From Hyphochytrium catenoides (Eukaryota > Protista > Hyphochytriomycota), in contig FLMG01000727.1 in assembly GCA_900088475.1 (NCBI GenBank), positions 1 to 64,000 of the forward strand: a DNA stretch of 64,000 nt, written 5' to 3'. The position numbers and the translations under genes are program-made. Shown here in pieces: positions 11,040 to 23,207 of the stretch; position 1 is the first letter of the stretch; each line of letters starts with the position of its first letter. Below the pieces are notes generated by a model. It was not told where the DNA came from and did not search any database. It was given only the letters and a program-made list of their open reading frames with translations.

Positions 11040-12793
11040 TCAAAGCTCCATAGAAGGCGCCCGGATTGACACAAGCTGCCCAGAGAGGTTGATATAAGAA
11101 GTATGCATTGTCGTCACATGGGCTCGAAGTTGGTCATAGCTCTTGAACTTCATCCGGCATGTTGGACAGGCAAAGTCTTCCTCGATGTCTCGGTCCTGTA
11201 GAAGATAATCACTGTCGACGCCTGCCGTATAGCGAGCCTCATCTATGTCAACATCTAAATCGCCAGGGCTGTCAACTTCCACTATGTCTAGCTCCTGACT
11301 GATTCCACGGCCGTTCTGTCCCAAAAGCTGTGAAAGAGGAGGTCGCAATTGAGTTGAACTCTGGTTCGCCTGTGCTCCAGCCCTAGAAGCCTCCTCCCTA
11401 CTGCCGATAGCAAAGAAGTCATTATTCACGCTTACATTGGGCATTGACATCCTCGAATATGGTTGGTTGTCTCTCTCTAACTTTGGAGGTGACATTCGCA
11501 CCGACCCGCGATAAGACGGCTGCCCTGCATCCTGGTGGCCATGTGCAGCATAGTCTTGGGCAGGGGTGAGATGATAGCCATTGCTTTGAGCCCCTCCGCT
11601 CTCTCCACCGGTAATGCTGCTCCTAGATACCTCCCCGTATGTGCCCATTGGCCGGGAATAGGGTGTACTTGTCATAAAATTTGGAGTTGTCTGTCCCAAG
11701 CTATCGGTGCGAGCCACAACTGGTGCGCCCAAGCCTCCAGTTGCCCCAGTATAGGCCATCGAGGACAGGACAGGGTTGTATAGTGAATCAGTGCCGGGAG
11801 CGTGAGCCAGACTGGCATACCGGGTGCTTGGCCGACCGTGAATCTCTGGGTAAGTCGTTTGCGCTGTTACGACAGAAGGTCTAAGTCCAGCACTGGGAGC
11901 AGCATTGGTTGACATGTAGCTGCCATAAGTCGAGCCCATCCGCACCGATTCTCTGGTGCTTTCCCGGCCCAGTATTACTGAGGAAGCTGTAGAGCTCCGG
12001 AAGTCTAAAGGTGATGTCGCTGAGGTTGCGCGTGACGTATCGCGACTGTCTGCTGGATTTACAAACCCGTCGCTCTTCCCGCTCAGTCTCCCACCGCTTG
12101 CGACGGATGACGACGCGCTAGAACCTGAAGACAAAGTGATAGGCACGGCATGAAAAGGAATGATGGTAAACCAGGGCTTGCTGTTGTTTCCTAGAGCAAA
12201 GACTTTGACGTTCCCACTGCCTTCATCCGAAGACGCGACGCCAATGAGGAGATCAGGCCATTGGAACGAGATTAGTGTGAAAGGGGTTTGAGGCGTCAAG
12301 AAGCCAGATTCACTGGTGAATTTGATGAGAAAGACGCCTTTGTTGCTCGTCTTCTGATTATGGCCCCAAGTGCAATACCTAGCCGGAAGCCCAAATGCGA
12401 TAGAGGGAAGCAAAGATTGGGGGCGAACAAATGTGAGGGATCTNNNNNNNNNNNNNNNNNNNNNNNNNNNNNNNNNNNNNNNNNNNNNNNNNNNNNNNNN
12501 NNNNNTCCCTTCAAATAGCGGTCAACATTGAGTGGCATCTGCCGATGTCTAAGGTACACTTTGTCGTTTGGACGGATGCGGTGGTCTCCTGAAAGCGGAT
12601 AGGCTGGCTCTAAGAAGATGACTTGATGTCCATCAATCCCGCCGCCCTCCGGATGTCGAATGAGAATTGGAGGTCCTTCTATCTGTCTGGCACTCAGGAC
12701 CATTGTCCGGTCACAGCTCATCAACCTAATTGGCGCGCCGTACCGGACAAACTCTGAGACAGATGCCATGTGGGGCTGATTGATCTCGGCCAT
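11040..12793 (-). CDS. Hypothetical protein with C-terminal C2H2 zinc finger, long Ser/Gly-rich disordered region and N-terminal beta-rich domain
   Basis: The 457-aa ORF ends in FACPTCRMKFKSYDQLRAHVTTMH. An upstream ORF (MAEINQPH...VRYGAPIRL...DKVYLRH) is separated from it by an N gap. The 5' end and the join across the gap are uncertain. Confidence 0.65.
12444..12505. other. Assembly gap (N run); others at 17679-17692, 31329-31330 and 45082-45201
   Basis: Runs of n in the sequence. Confidence 1.
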
Positions 12794-13224
12794 AAGGGCC
12801 AACTGAGATGGATTTCCTCCCGTTGGCCGCAAGAGCAAGGGTTGGTCGAGAAGATTATGTTCTGCAATGAAGTCAAGGTGATGACCTTTCTCCAGATGGG
12901 CACGAACAAAGGTAGAAGATAAACTTGAGGAGCTTCAACGCAAGACTGTATCAGCCGGAGCCGACACTCTCAAGAGCGCCCCGGTTACCTGCTAGCTAAA
13001 AAAAGCCAGGAAAGTACTGATCCTGTGACAGTCTTCCGTGGTCTTATGGCGCACTCCGCTCATCGGTCGTTACTGTGGATGAGCAGATGGCAAGTCTGTA
13101 CCACCGCTGATGCTCTATAAATGAGAACAGGGAATGTCTGCACCCCTGCGCTGCGGGTCTCTCGTCCTACTCTTCCCAACCCTAAGGCTCGCCTACAAGA
13201 CAGACTCGCTTCTACTTTCCCAGT

Positions 13225-13405
13225 CTCTCTCCTCTCTCTCTCTATTTCCCTCTCTCTCTCTCTCTCTCTATTTCCCTCTCTCTCTCTCTCGCTCTCTCTC
13301 TCGCTCGCTCGCTCTCGCTCTCTCTCTCTCTCTCTGTGGGCTCTCTCTCTCTCTGTGGGCTCTCTCTCTCCTTGCTCCTTTCTCTTTCTCTCTCTCTTCT
13401 TCCTC

Positions 13406-13449
<44 letters not shown>

Positions 13450-13475
13450 TCCTCTCACTCTCTCTCTCTCTCTGT
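13225..13475. repeat. Long imperfect (CT)n microsatellite
   Basis: Directly visible; the source of the spurious Ser-Leu and Glu-Arg ORFs. Confidence 0.95.
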
Positions 13476-14185
13476 AATCACAGTCGGTGTTTCTGGGTTT
13501 GGTCTCTTTCCTGTTGCTGCGCAATCCAAAGAATGGTGTCCACGAGCCGGATCCCGAGTGCTTGACTCGGGACTACTCATACATATCTAAGCACCTATTA
13601 CCCGAGTTATTTGAACAACCCGGGCCTTTTGGTTGACGCTCGTTTGAGGGTCCACAATGGGGATGCCAAGCGCTCATCAGCTCATCAGCAGCGCTGGTAT
13701 CTTCATCGTCTATCAGGAGGACATCAGCCTTCATTCAAGGGACCTGGGAGTAAGTAGGAAGGTGCGCCATAGCTCCATAGCGCTGCGGTAGGGTGCCTCA
13801 AGCTATCCATCTGTCTATCTAGGTCTAGCGGTCAAGCAGTAGTTCCGTTCCTCTGGCAGAAATGCACATGATATTTTTGAGTATCACTAGTTACCTTGGC
13901 CATCATATCATGAGGCTTTTGGTGTCCGGGTGAAGCTCGCTTCTAAAGAGATGGTGCAATCAGGATTATACATTTACAGCGATCTAGTGCACACTGCCAC
14001 GGTTATTTGACAGTACTTGACGCGCGACCAGAGTCTGTGCGATACCGGATGGAGAGAAGTGATTATGTCTCCTCTGTCTTATCAACACTGCTTTTTAGCT
14101 GGCCCGAAGATTGCGAAGTGGGTCTGTAAAAAGCTAGTCACAACGAACTGCCCTAGTGGTTGCGGCAACCGGGTTCAAACCGCTT

Positions 14186-17100
14186 CTATTCTGTCTTCTC
14201 AATGTCGTGGATAATAATAACTTCTTGTGAGGGCTCTCCCTCTTCTGCTGACTCCTTCTCTCCCTGCGCCGAAGTAGCTTCCTGCGCTTCACCCTCTGGA
14301 CGTACGTTTTGACTGGCCTGATCTACCCTTTCCGCTGTGGCCCCGGAGGCACTACCAGCACTCGGTCTCTTTACGAGCTTGAGTTTGCCTTTTGCTATTT
14401 TCCCACGTCCAAGCTTTTCTGGCCACTTTGCGTTGCAATATCTTTCCGCGGCCTCGAACAGGGCCTTTTCCGCTTCTTTAATAAGTGTGAGTGTTAACCC
14501 CTAGTATGCCATGAGATGACGTGTGGACTACGTACCGTGATGGCTTTGGTCTATTTCCGTCGACTTGTGGGGAAGGATTAGCAGCATGTCATCACGGTTG
14601 GCGCTGACATACTCCTGGTAGACTCTTCGAAGTACTGCGGCCGCTCGTTGACCGAACCTTAAGTCAGACAAGCGTGCCATTCTCTCGGAACAATCTAGAT
14701 ATAGCTCGTAGGTGATTTCAAGAAGCTTGATCAAGCCTTGAGAGGCCTGCGGGGCGTAAGGATAACCTTAGCAAAATCCGCTTCGATTATCTGTAGCCTG
14801 TTGCCCTCACCTCTTCTTCAGAGAATCCAAGCCGCTGCAGCTTAGCCTGCCAGTCTCCTCCCATTCTTCCGTCTTCTAGCATCTCTTCAAGAATCTTTAG
14901 ACGAGAATTCAGGGCAGTAGAGGTCATGGTTCGGACTACGGGATACTCTTGGTCTCTCAGCGCCGCGATCCAACTGAAGATTGTTAAGCACCGCTCATAG
15001 TTAGCGGTCTCAACTAGGAGGGACATGTAATAGACCAAGTATTTGTCTCGGAGACGGTCATACTTCCGCCGCCTCTGGTCAAGAGCTTCCATGGCCGAAG
15101 TTGTGCTATCCTGGATCCAGATACCTACAATCTACAGGCCAGGGCTGTTGAGAGTGCCCCGAGAGCACGAAAGGGAGTGTGCAATACCTGAGGTCTCCTC
15201 TTATCTAGGAGTGGCAGCATAACTCGTAGAGCCTCCTCTGCGCCGTTGATGGCTTTCTTCTCCTCCTCACTGTTGCTCTCCATAAGCCCACCAATGTTCT
15301 GTGCGTACGAATAGTGTTGAACCGCCCGAGCTAAGCAGTATCGCGCCCGGTGATAGTACTGATCCAGATCAAGGATATACTTCATGGCATCCATGCAGTT
15401 GAATAGGAGATCAGAGACTTCTGCCCAGCTGCCAGGAAGGTGGGGCAGTTCCGATTCTGTGGGAGTAATCTTCACAATATCGCTGTCTTCAGCTGAGAGG
15501 TGGAAAGAGACAAAATAGAGTTGAGAGGAGCAAAATAGAGGCAAGTTAGTGACGCAGCTTACGAAATAGTACAACTAGCCTGTCTCGCTGTCTTTCAAAG
15601 ACCTGGGATCTCAAAGCGATGCAGACGGGCAAGATCGAGAGCTTCATTGTCGATCATTCCGGTCTGGATGATCCGAAACAGGCACTTCATTCTATAGGAG
15701 TGAAGGCGGTAAATTGGGTGCATCGAATGTATTGCCTCGGATTGAGCAATGGCCAACCCCTGGGCATAATGGTCAAGAACTATGGACGGCGAGGAGGAGA
15801 GCTTCTCGTGAGCCTACGGGCAATAGGAGGTTAGATCCTTGCCTACAGGGCTGTGACTAGCAGGGAGAAGCTACTTTACCTTCCCTGCCAGAAGGTGCAT
15901 GGCCCAAGTTCTGGAGTCAAACTTATGGTCGGTAGCAACAGCTTTTCTTGCCAAATCTTCAACCTGTCAACGCTAGGGATTAGCAAATGGACCCACGAAT
16001 TGAAGATAGACATGATTGACCTCATGTGATATGCCCGAACTTCACCTCTATCGGCTTAGAGCATTAGGACGTTATGAGTCCAGTACCGACATTGTCTCTT
16101 TACTTCCCTTTGTGCCCCTTAAAGTCTCCATAAAGTCACATTCTTTAAACTTACTCTGTGGCAAAGGGCTAGCACTTCGCGTGATTCACGGTCCTCAGAA
16201 TTCTGGACTTGGTTGTAAAGGATGACAGCCTCCTCCTCTAGAGCATTAATGTACTCCAGCATGGTCATCTTGTAGGCTTTTATGGAGACAGTCGCAGATT
16301 GCTCAGAGGGGTGGCGTGTGCGTGCGTGGAAAAATGGGTTATAACAACGAAAAAGACCAGTCGACAATAAGGACACATGCAGCAAGGGGAGGAGCACGGA
16401 CAACGGTTCAGCTACGAGTACAGAGAGTATAATACCAGGATCAGCGCTATGCAGCGTTCTCAGTTTTCTCTCACTGAGGTCAGCGACCACTTTGTAGCTC
16501 CTCACGGCTGCATCACGATATGCCATGATATAGAGGGTTCCTCGCTTAACCTCATCTTTCACATTCAGTTCAATTCCTTCCCCTGAATGCTGGCCAATGC
16601 CTGGCTCTCCTGCATTTTCTCTTTCGTCATTATGCAGGAAGAAGAGGCCTCGTCGTGCTAACCCATTTAGTAAGAGATCTTCTCCAGCTTCCACGGGTTT
16701 GAGTGGACTGTCAAAACGAAGAGTTTGATAGAGAGAAACAGGTCAATTGAGTAGTCCAAGGACATCGCGCAGCTCAGTTTCCTTTTAAAGTAAGGTCTCT
16801 TCATACCTTGGGAACGTGTCTAGGAGAAAATTAAGAAGATTTCTGAAGCAGATGCCTAGATTTGACCATGACTCCAAGCGGAGAGGGTTGAAGGTTAAGT
16901 CTTTGACATACAAGTCAATGATGGCGTGATATTCCTTTTCATAAATCTAAACGACCACCATGCTGAGTCAGTAGCAGGACACAGAAACATGTACCTCCAG
17001 CAAGCTCTTACCAAGTTCGAATTGCCATCCCCTGAGTCCTGCTTGACCTTATTCGGCACTTTAAGCTTAGGTGCCGGGATCGCGTTCGCATAAAGAAAGT

Positions 17101-20100
17101 AAAGAGCCCCATGGACGGTCCGCCTTTGATCATGTTCGTCTGTCTCCATAGGTTCCTCTGCTTGCGCGAGGTTATGCCAGCGGCATGGGTCTAGGCTGCC
17201 AGGTCCAACCGGCTGGTCGAGAAATTTGAGAGCAAGGTCCCGGTGCCGTCCAAAGACAGGAGTCGCCGCCATAGCTCCATACACAAGTTCGAGCAGTGCC
17301 CTCACCTAGAGAAGGATTCAATTAGGTTAGAGTAGACGAAGGCAATCATGAAGGAACTGGACATGCATCCTAGAGTAGTAACTGGTTAAGTATGTCACCT
17401 TTGCCCGATTGAGTCCTTGCTGAGTACTAAGGTATGGGAGAGCGAATAGGAAGAGGTCGCTCGCCTCCTCCTTAGTGAGCCCATGCAGAGGTTCCGTCTT
17501 ATGGTCCGCAGGAGGCAGCGCTGACGTAACTTCGACGTGGTAAGAGCAATAGTAGCACTGTGCCAATTGCTCATTTTTCTGCTCCTGTCGAAGAACTTCT
17601 CCTTCGATCTCATCCGCGCGGACATTAGGTTGCTTTAACTGAGGAAGCAACACGCTGAGAAGGGTGAGTCCTGGCGCCNNNNNNNNNNNNNNTTTTCATG
17701 CAAGAGTGATACTTGCCCCCGATATGGTCGTGCAGGAGCTTCAGCGTCTGAAGTGTCTTATCCATGCCAAGATCTAAGTAAGAAAGGATTACCCCGAGTA
17801 GGATAGCACTCGGAAGTCTGATGCTCTGCGTGGATGCCAAATCTGTAGAGTCTGCTGCTTTGATAAAGCCTATCAGCTTGCCTACCAAGGAGGAGCGCTC
17901 TCCTTCCTGAAGCATTGGTATTTGATTCCCATTAGCCCTTGCGCGGCTCTGCTGTAGAAGTAAGGCCAGGTGCTTCGTTGCAGAAGTCAGAATTGGCATC
18001 CGCTGTGGCTGCGAATTCAATGCAACCACCTTCACAGGGAAGCAGAGGATTGTTCTCAAGAGATACTGATGCGCTTCACTCTTAAGTCTCAAGAGTAAGA
18101 GCAAACGCAGAACGTTACAGTAGCACTCATTGTGCCCCAGAACTGTAGCAATATAGCCACAGCGCCATAAAAGACTTCTCATGCGGCCACTTAGTAGGAG
18201 AGACGATAACTCCTTGACTTGACTCCGGTCGACAGTCAAGACCTTGGCAACAAAGCCCAAGATGTGCGAGAGTATAGCGGCTAGAGTTCCTGCTTGTCGG
18301 TACGAAGGGGGTAACTTCCTGAGTTGTTTAGAAAAGTAATCCTTCTTTTTTGCCAGGGCTTTGGATTTAGAGCCAATCTTTCCGCTAGCAGCCTCCCATT
18401 CTTCTTGGCATTCTCGCTAAAGAGAGAGTTACCCAAAGTGTTAGACGTCCATGACTGACGAATGTGTGAGCCGACTGGCCTGCAAACCTCAATAACTTCC
18501 TTTTCTGGCTCACTAGGATTTGACGAGGTCACTGAATCCTCAGCCCAATATTGATCATCGAACAGTTCGCGGATGATGTACGCTTCGGGTCTGCGTACAG
18601 TCACTTAGCTCTGCCTGCGACCCTATCACATGAGAAGCTTACCTGTCAATGTCGATGGCCGTGATTTCAAGCACATCGCAGAGAAACGATACTCCTGAGA
18701 CAGCTTCCGCGGCACGATAGAAGCAGTCGATAATGATATCTACAACGCTTCTCTGCTCTCCGCCTCCGGTATCCTGCCAAGCACCAAAACAAAGGTTTAG
18801 ACTAAACCTTCGGAGAATGAGATGTCAACCCTCATAAACCTTCATTGCCTTTCACTGGATCCATATCCTACTGGATAAATCGGGCCTTCCGCCCCTCCCC
18901 TACCTTCAATTTCGAGACTATCGCTTCCAGCACGTCTCGATAAAGAGTCAATCGGTTCGTTGAGGACAAAGTTTTCTTGATCTCACTCAGGATATCCTGA
19001 GCAACCTGCTTGGAGCTACTGTCATCACTTACAGTCTCCTTGCCTTCCAAGAGTCTATATTTTTCTCGGATCTTTTTGATCGAGAATGAGCGCAAAAGTT
19101 CGCTTATTTTGCTCTCGATCGTTGCAGGATGAATGACCGTGTCCTTGCTGCAGTTAGGAAGCCTAAGAGACATACTATCTACGTCATGAGATTCGCCAAT
19201 TGGTCTCTGTTGTTGTTCCTCATCCCCATTCATGCTGAGAACACGACAAGAGGATTTAGCAGCATCGCTACTGCTCTGCCCAACCTCACAAAGCTTTCCT
19301 TTACCGCTCTCTTTACAAGGGCTGATTGTCCTCGATGTTCGCTGGCAAGCCAAGAGTTTTGTTAGCTCGTCCTGGCATAGGCGTAGTGACTCCTCAGAAG
19401 AGGAGATCTCACGCAAGAGGATCTCCATGCGTGCTCGCAACCACCAGTAACGAACAATCAAAGGTGCATCAGTATCTGAACCTAGGTTGCCGCGGCTTAT
19501 TGCTCCGAGGAAACCTTGGAGGCCCGTGTCACAACGAGCAAGGGCACGCTGGTCCCAGGCGTTGGACTCATAGAGGTCAAAAGATAACTCCGCAATCATA
19601 AGCCAGACTTCTGGTTCCAGTGGCGTATCCAATCCTCGGCAGTCAAAGAGTTTCGAGATTATGATTGGTGAATCATCCGACAACTTCAGGCGTGTTATAA
19701 TGCGGGCGGTCCAAGCTAAGTACCTGGCTATCCAGGCCTGTGAGAGGGAACTGTTTCAGCAAGCCCAAATGCAAATTTGGGCCCATGACGTCCAATGTTC
19801 ACTTACTTTGAGTGAATAACCTTCCGTCTTGACAAACTTTAACGAAAGATTCTTCTCCTCTTTATAGTCTCTTCGGAAGAGAGACGGTTCTTTTGGGGCA
19901 ACGTTCTGCATGTTAGGAATGTGCTCAAATTGGGTGACATCCACCTCGTCCATTAGAGGCTGCCAGTCAAAATCTTCGCCAAACCTCTCATCAACCTGAA
20001 TGCCATCTAAGAGTGCGAACTGCAACTGATATCTAATGTCAGTTTCCTTTTTCAGTGCCAACTGGGCCTCATGATCAGCTTTCAGCTTCTCTTGCATTCT

Positions 20101-21591
20101 TCTTGAAACGCGCCTCTGATCTGTGGGTACAGTGGACTTTTGACTCCTTGTGGAACTTGAGGGCGTAGGCATCCGCGGTCGATTCACCTTCGGGGCGCTC
20201 TTTGGCTCCGAATCTTTTGTCCGCACACTATCTTCCTCTTCAAATTTCCTTCTGGGAGACTCTTTACCATGCTCTGTCTCTTTTATAGAGGCATCCTCCT
20301 TTTCTTCCTCCACATCATCGGTTGCGAGAGGAACTTCTAACATCCGTAGCAACACCTCGTTTTCTGGTGACTGGCTGGCGTGCTCAAGTAGGACGGAGCC
20401 AATAGCATCCCACGTAGGCTGCGGAATAAGTAGTACGCTCCCGGTTCCCTGTGACGCGGTTGGAGATACGGTGGCCTCATCTTTTGACCTATATGCTCCC
20501 CGGTTAATTTGCATTCTGTGGTACGCTAATATGACACAGCCAGACCTGTGAAGTATGGGCGTTGATCTTCCTGATAGACGGCACCTCTTCTCGGACTGGT
20601 CCAAAAGCTTGTCTAGATCTCTGGGGCGCTTTCCTCCATTATAAAAGCTTCCCAGGTATTGCGCAACCCTTCTCCAGGCCTTCCAGTCCTAGCACCATTA
20701 CTCTATCAGAGGCCGTAATAGTCATATCTACGGAGGCTCAACAGAAGTCCCGATCCCGTTACCTTGAGTTTTAGCAGCACATCACACAGTTTTGAAAGTG
20801 ACGGTTTATGATTGGGCACCAAAGATATCGCTTGCTCGAGGGCATAGCGGCAGAGAGAGTATCTGCAGACATGAAGGATTACTGCTCCTTTCTGATGCCG
20901 GCGGTACTAGTCACCTCTCAGCATCCATACCTCCTTTCTACCTCAGCGGCCTTGGCGAAATCGTACCACATCGTCACATCAGTGTCGTCAATCTCAGACG
21001 CTTGTAAATAGTGATGGAGAGCTTCCCCTGTAAGCCCTAATGAGACCTCTGCAGCAGCCAAATGCCGCAAACAGAGATAAACAAGGCGGCTTTCCAAAGA
21101 TAGATTCTGGGAGCCAGGAGCGGGTCGGTCAGAGGGAGTACGCTGTACCATCTTCGCTCATCTCGGTCAAAAATCTAAGGGCTTACCTGGTGAATCCGAT
21201 CAACCTTTGTTATGGCTCCTTCGATCACTTCCTTATAAAGCCTGCAGGCCTCTTGAAGCTAGGAAGGAATGTTTAGGCCAATAATTCTAAGAGATGTCTT
21301 CCAATGACTGAATGTACCTGCGTTCTGTCTCCAGAGTTATGTAGCTTTATAGCCTGCTGGTAGATATTGGCCCTCGCCGCTTCCTAGGCATAATTTTGAG
21401 AACGAAGTCTTCCACAGGTCCTGTACATAGTCTAACCTTGGCTTCTTGCGTGATAATGTTCGCCGAGGGTGGCACTTCTTCCTGGTCCACGGCATCAGTA
21501 ACCGCGGTCCAGTCACCCTAGAAAGAACGACATCATGAGTTCGAGGTCATCCCCATCGTAAGCACATTGATTCCCACGTATATCCAACCAT
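14186..21591 (-). CDS. CABIN1: Calcineurin-binding protein CABIN1 / HIR3 (HIRA histone chaperone complex TPR subunit); many exons
   Basis: The spliced N-terminus reads M|GDWTAVTD...TQEAK|EAARANIYQQAIKLH...LVYLCLRHLAAAEV...ALHHYLQASEIDDTDVTMWYDFAKAA...CRYALEQAISLVPNHKPSLSKLCDVLL, which matches the CABIN1 TPR pattern. Also present: VRYWWLRAR, QLAQCYYCSY, and C-terminal DQYYHRARYCLARA and IWIQ... typical of HIR3/CABIN1. Internal exon boundaries are approximate. Confidence 0.85.
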
Positions 21592-21810
21592 CTTTCAGAT
21601 CAAGAGTCCTTTGGCTTTCGCTGTCTTTTTGGCGCAGTGGTGTTCCTCTGCATCACCGTCCGCCGTCTCTTTTTGGCAGCCTCCAGAGCACCTAGAGATA
21701 GAATCACATTTTCTTCGTACTGCCGTGCATGCACCAATGACGGTGTTATAACTTGAGATCAGCTTCTATGTCGCCGACGTAATATAGCTTCAGGCGCCGC
21801 CTGCAACAGG

Positions 21811-21873
21811 AGCAGCAGCACGCAGCAGCAGCAGCACGAGCAGCAGCAGCGCGAGCAGCAGCAGCACCACCAC
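21811..21873. repeat. Interrupted (CAG)n repeat with ~15-bp superstructure
   Basis: GCAGCAGCA(C/G)GA-type units visible about 220 bp upstream of the CABIN1 start. Confidence 0.85.
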
Positions 21874-23207
21874 GATAGTAGAACTTTCTAGCCGATGTCA
21901 GAACTCTTTTTACCCTTCAGAACTAGGAAGTACTTGGGCTCTTCAAGTGAGAATCGTTGGCGTTAGCGGACTCTGACAGGTCTCAGGTCTCAAGAGCTTG
22001 TTTGCTGAGTGTCATCTGCGTTTGCTAGCATGTGAGACTGGGCCATCACAAGCGGCGGAAGATTCCCTTTTCAAGAGCTCTCTACTTGTACCCTTCCTTG
22101 GTGAAGCCTTGAGGCAACCCTAGGTTCTACGTCGCGGCTACACTTTTTTACCAGGTGGTTGTCTGCCTAACAGAGCCGCTGCCAGCGGAAGCGTGAGGGT
22201 TCGTCGTGAGTCCGCCGACGCCCCAACGTAGGATCGCCGATACTCCCTATCATTCAGCTCCAGGTGCAACTATATATTCTTGCGGAATGCAGCCTCAGCA
22301 GCATTCCCCTCTCTCCCCAACTCCACCTATCACACGCCCACCTGGCACCGTGATCATAGACTTTACTACTTGTTGATAACACTCGACGATGGTAGTTAAG
22401 GTTTACCTGACAACAACCGCAATCTTGCAAGGACCACGCTCATCCCACCAAGAGGGCGGTGATGACCAGCGACCCACAATGAGTCCACGCAACAAGTCTC
22501 CTACCACTACTGATCGGGATGGTAAGGAAGAAGCACTTTGGCACAACCCTTGAGAAAATCTTTCAGATATAGGCTCTTCTTGAGGTTGTCAAAGGGCGTG
22601 GCGATGTCTCAGGGCTTCTGCACATGGCGGATTTATACGAATCGTTGTTTCATTCTCTGGTTGAACACGTACCCTTCTTGTCCTTTGACCAGACGCTTTT
22701 GCTACTCCGCCCGGCTTGTGAGCTTATGAGCTTCCTGAATGCTTTCAAAGCAACCTCCAAGCCCTGAGAAGGGCTGGCTGGGATAGTGCGACAGCTCTGT
22801 TTTTGAGGAAGATGCATTTAGAGTCGAATGAGAACAAGTGCCAGCAGCAAGGGTGAAAAGGGTGACGCAGTTTGGATAGATGGTTAAGATCTATGAAGGG
22901 TGTACGCACTAACCTCAACCTGTAGACGAGTAAGCCAACTCAAAATTAGTGTTGATGCTCTTTGCTGTTACAATGGACTTATGTTACTATCTTTACGAAG
23001 CTTGATCTGCAAAGCGAATAAGCTTGGCATCTCATGCGACATAGGGCAAGATGAGTCTACATTATTGAGCATCCTTTCTATTATCTTCAATGAGCAGCCT
23101 GAGCTGCTAACTACCGGCGCCAGCTGCCAGCACGAGGACAGCAGTCACATGATTCTTCCGAGCGTAGAGTAGATCTTCGGAGTCCCGGACGGCACAGAAA
23201 TCGGATC

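Noticed and set aside
13060-13590. Ser-Leu and Glu-Arg repeat ORFs (also 5741-6307, 45644-46204, 52549-52950)
   Set aside because: They are translations of (CT)n/(GA)n microsatellites or pyrimidine-rich introns, which lack stop codons by composition.
21811-21873. Polyglutamine-coding exon
   Set aside because: No supporting ORF or splice context; it lies in the CABIN1 upstream region.
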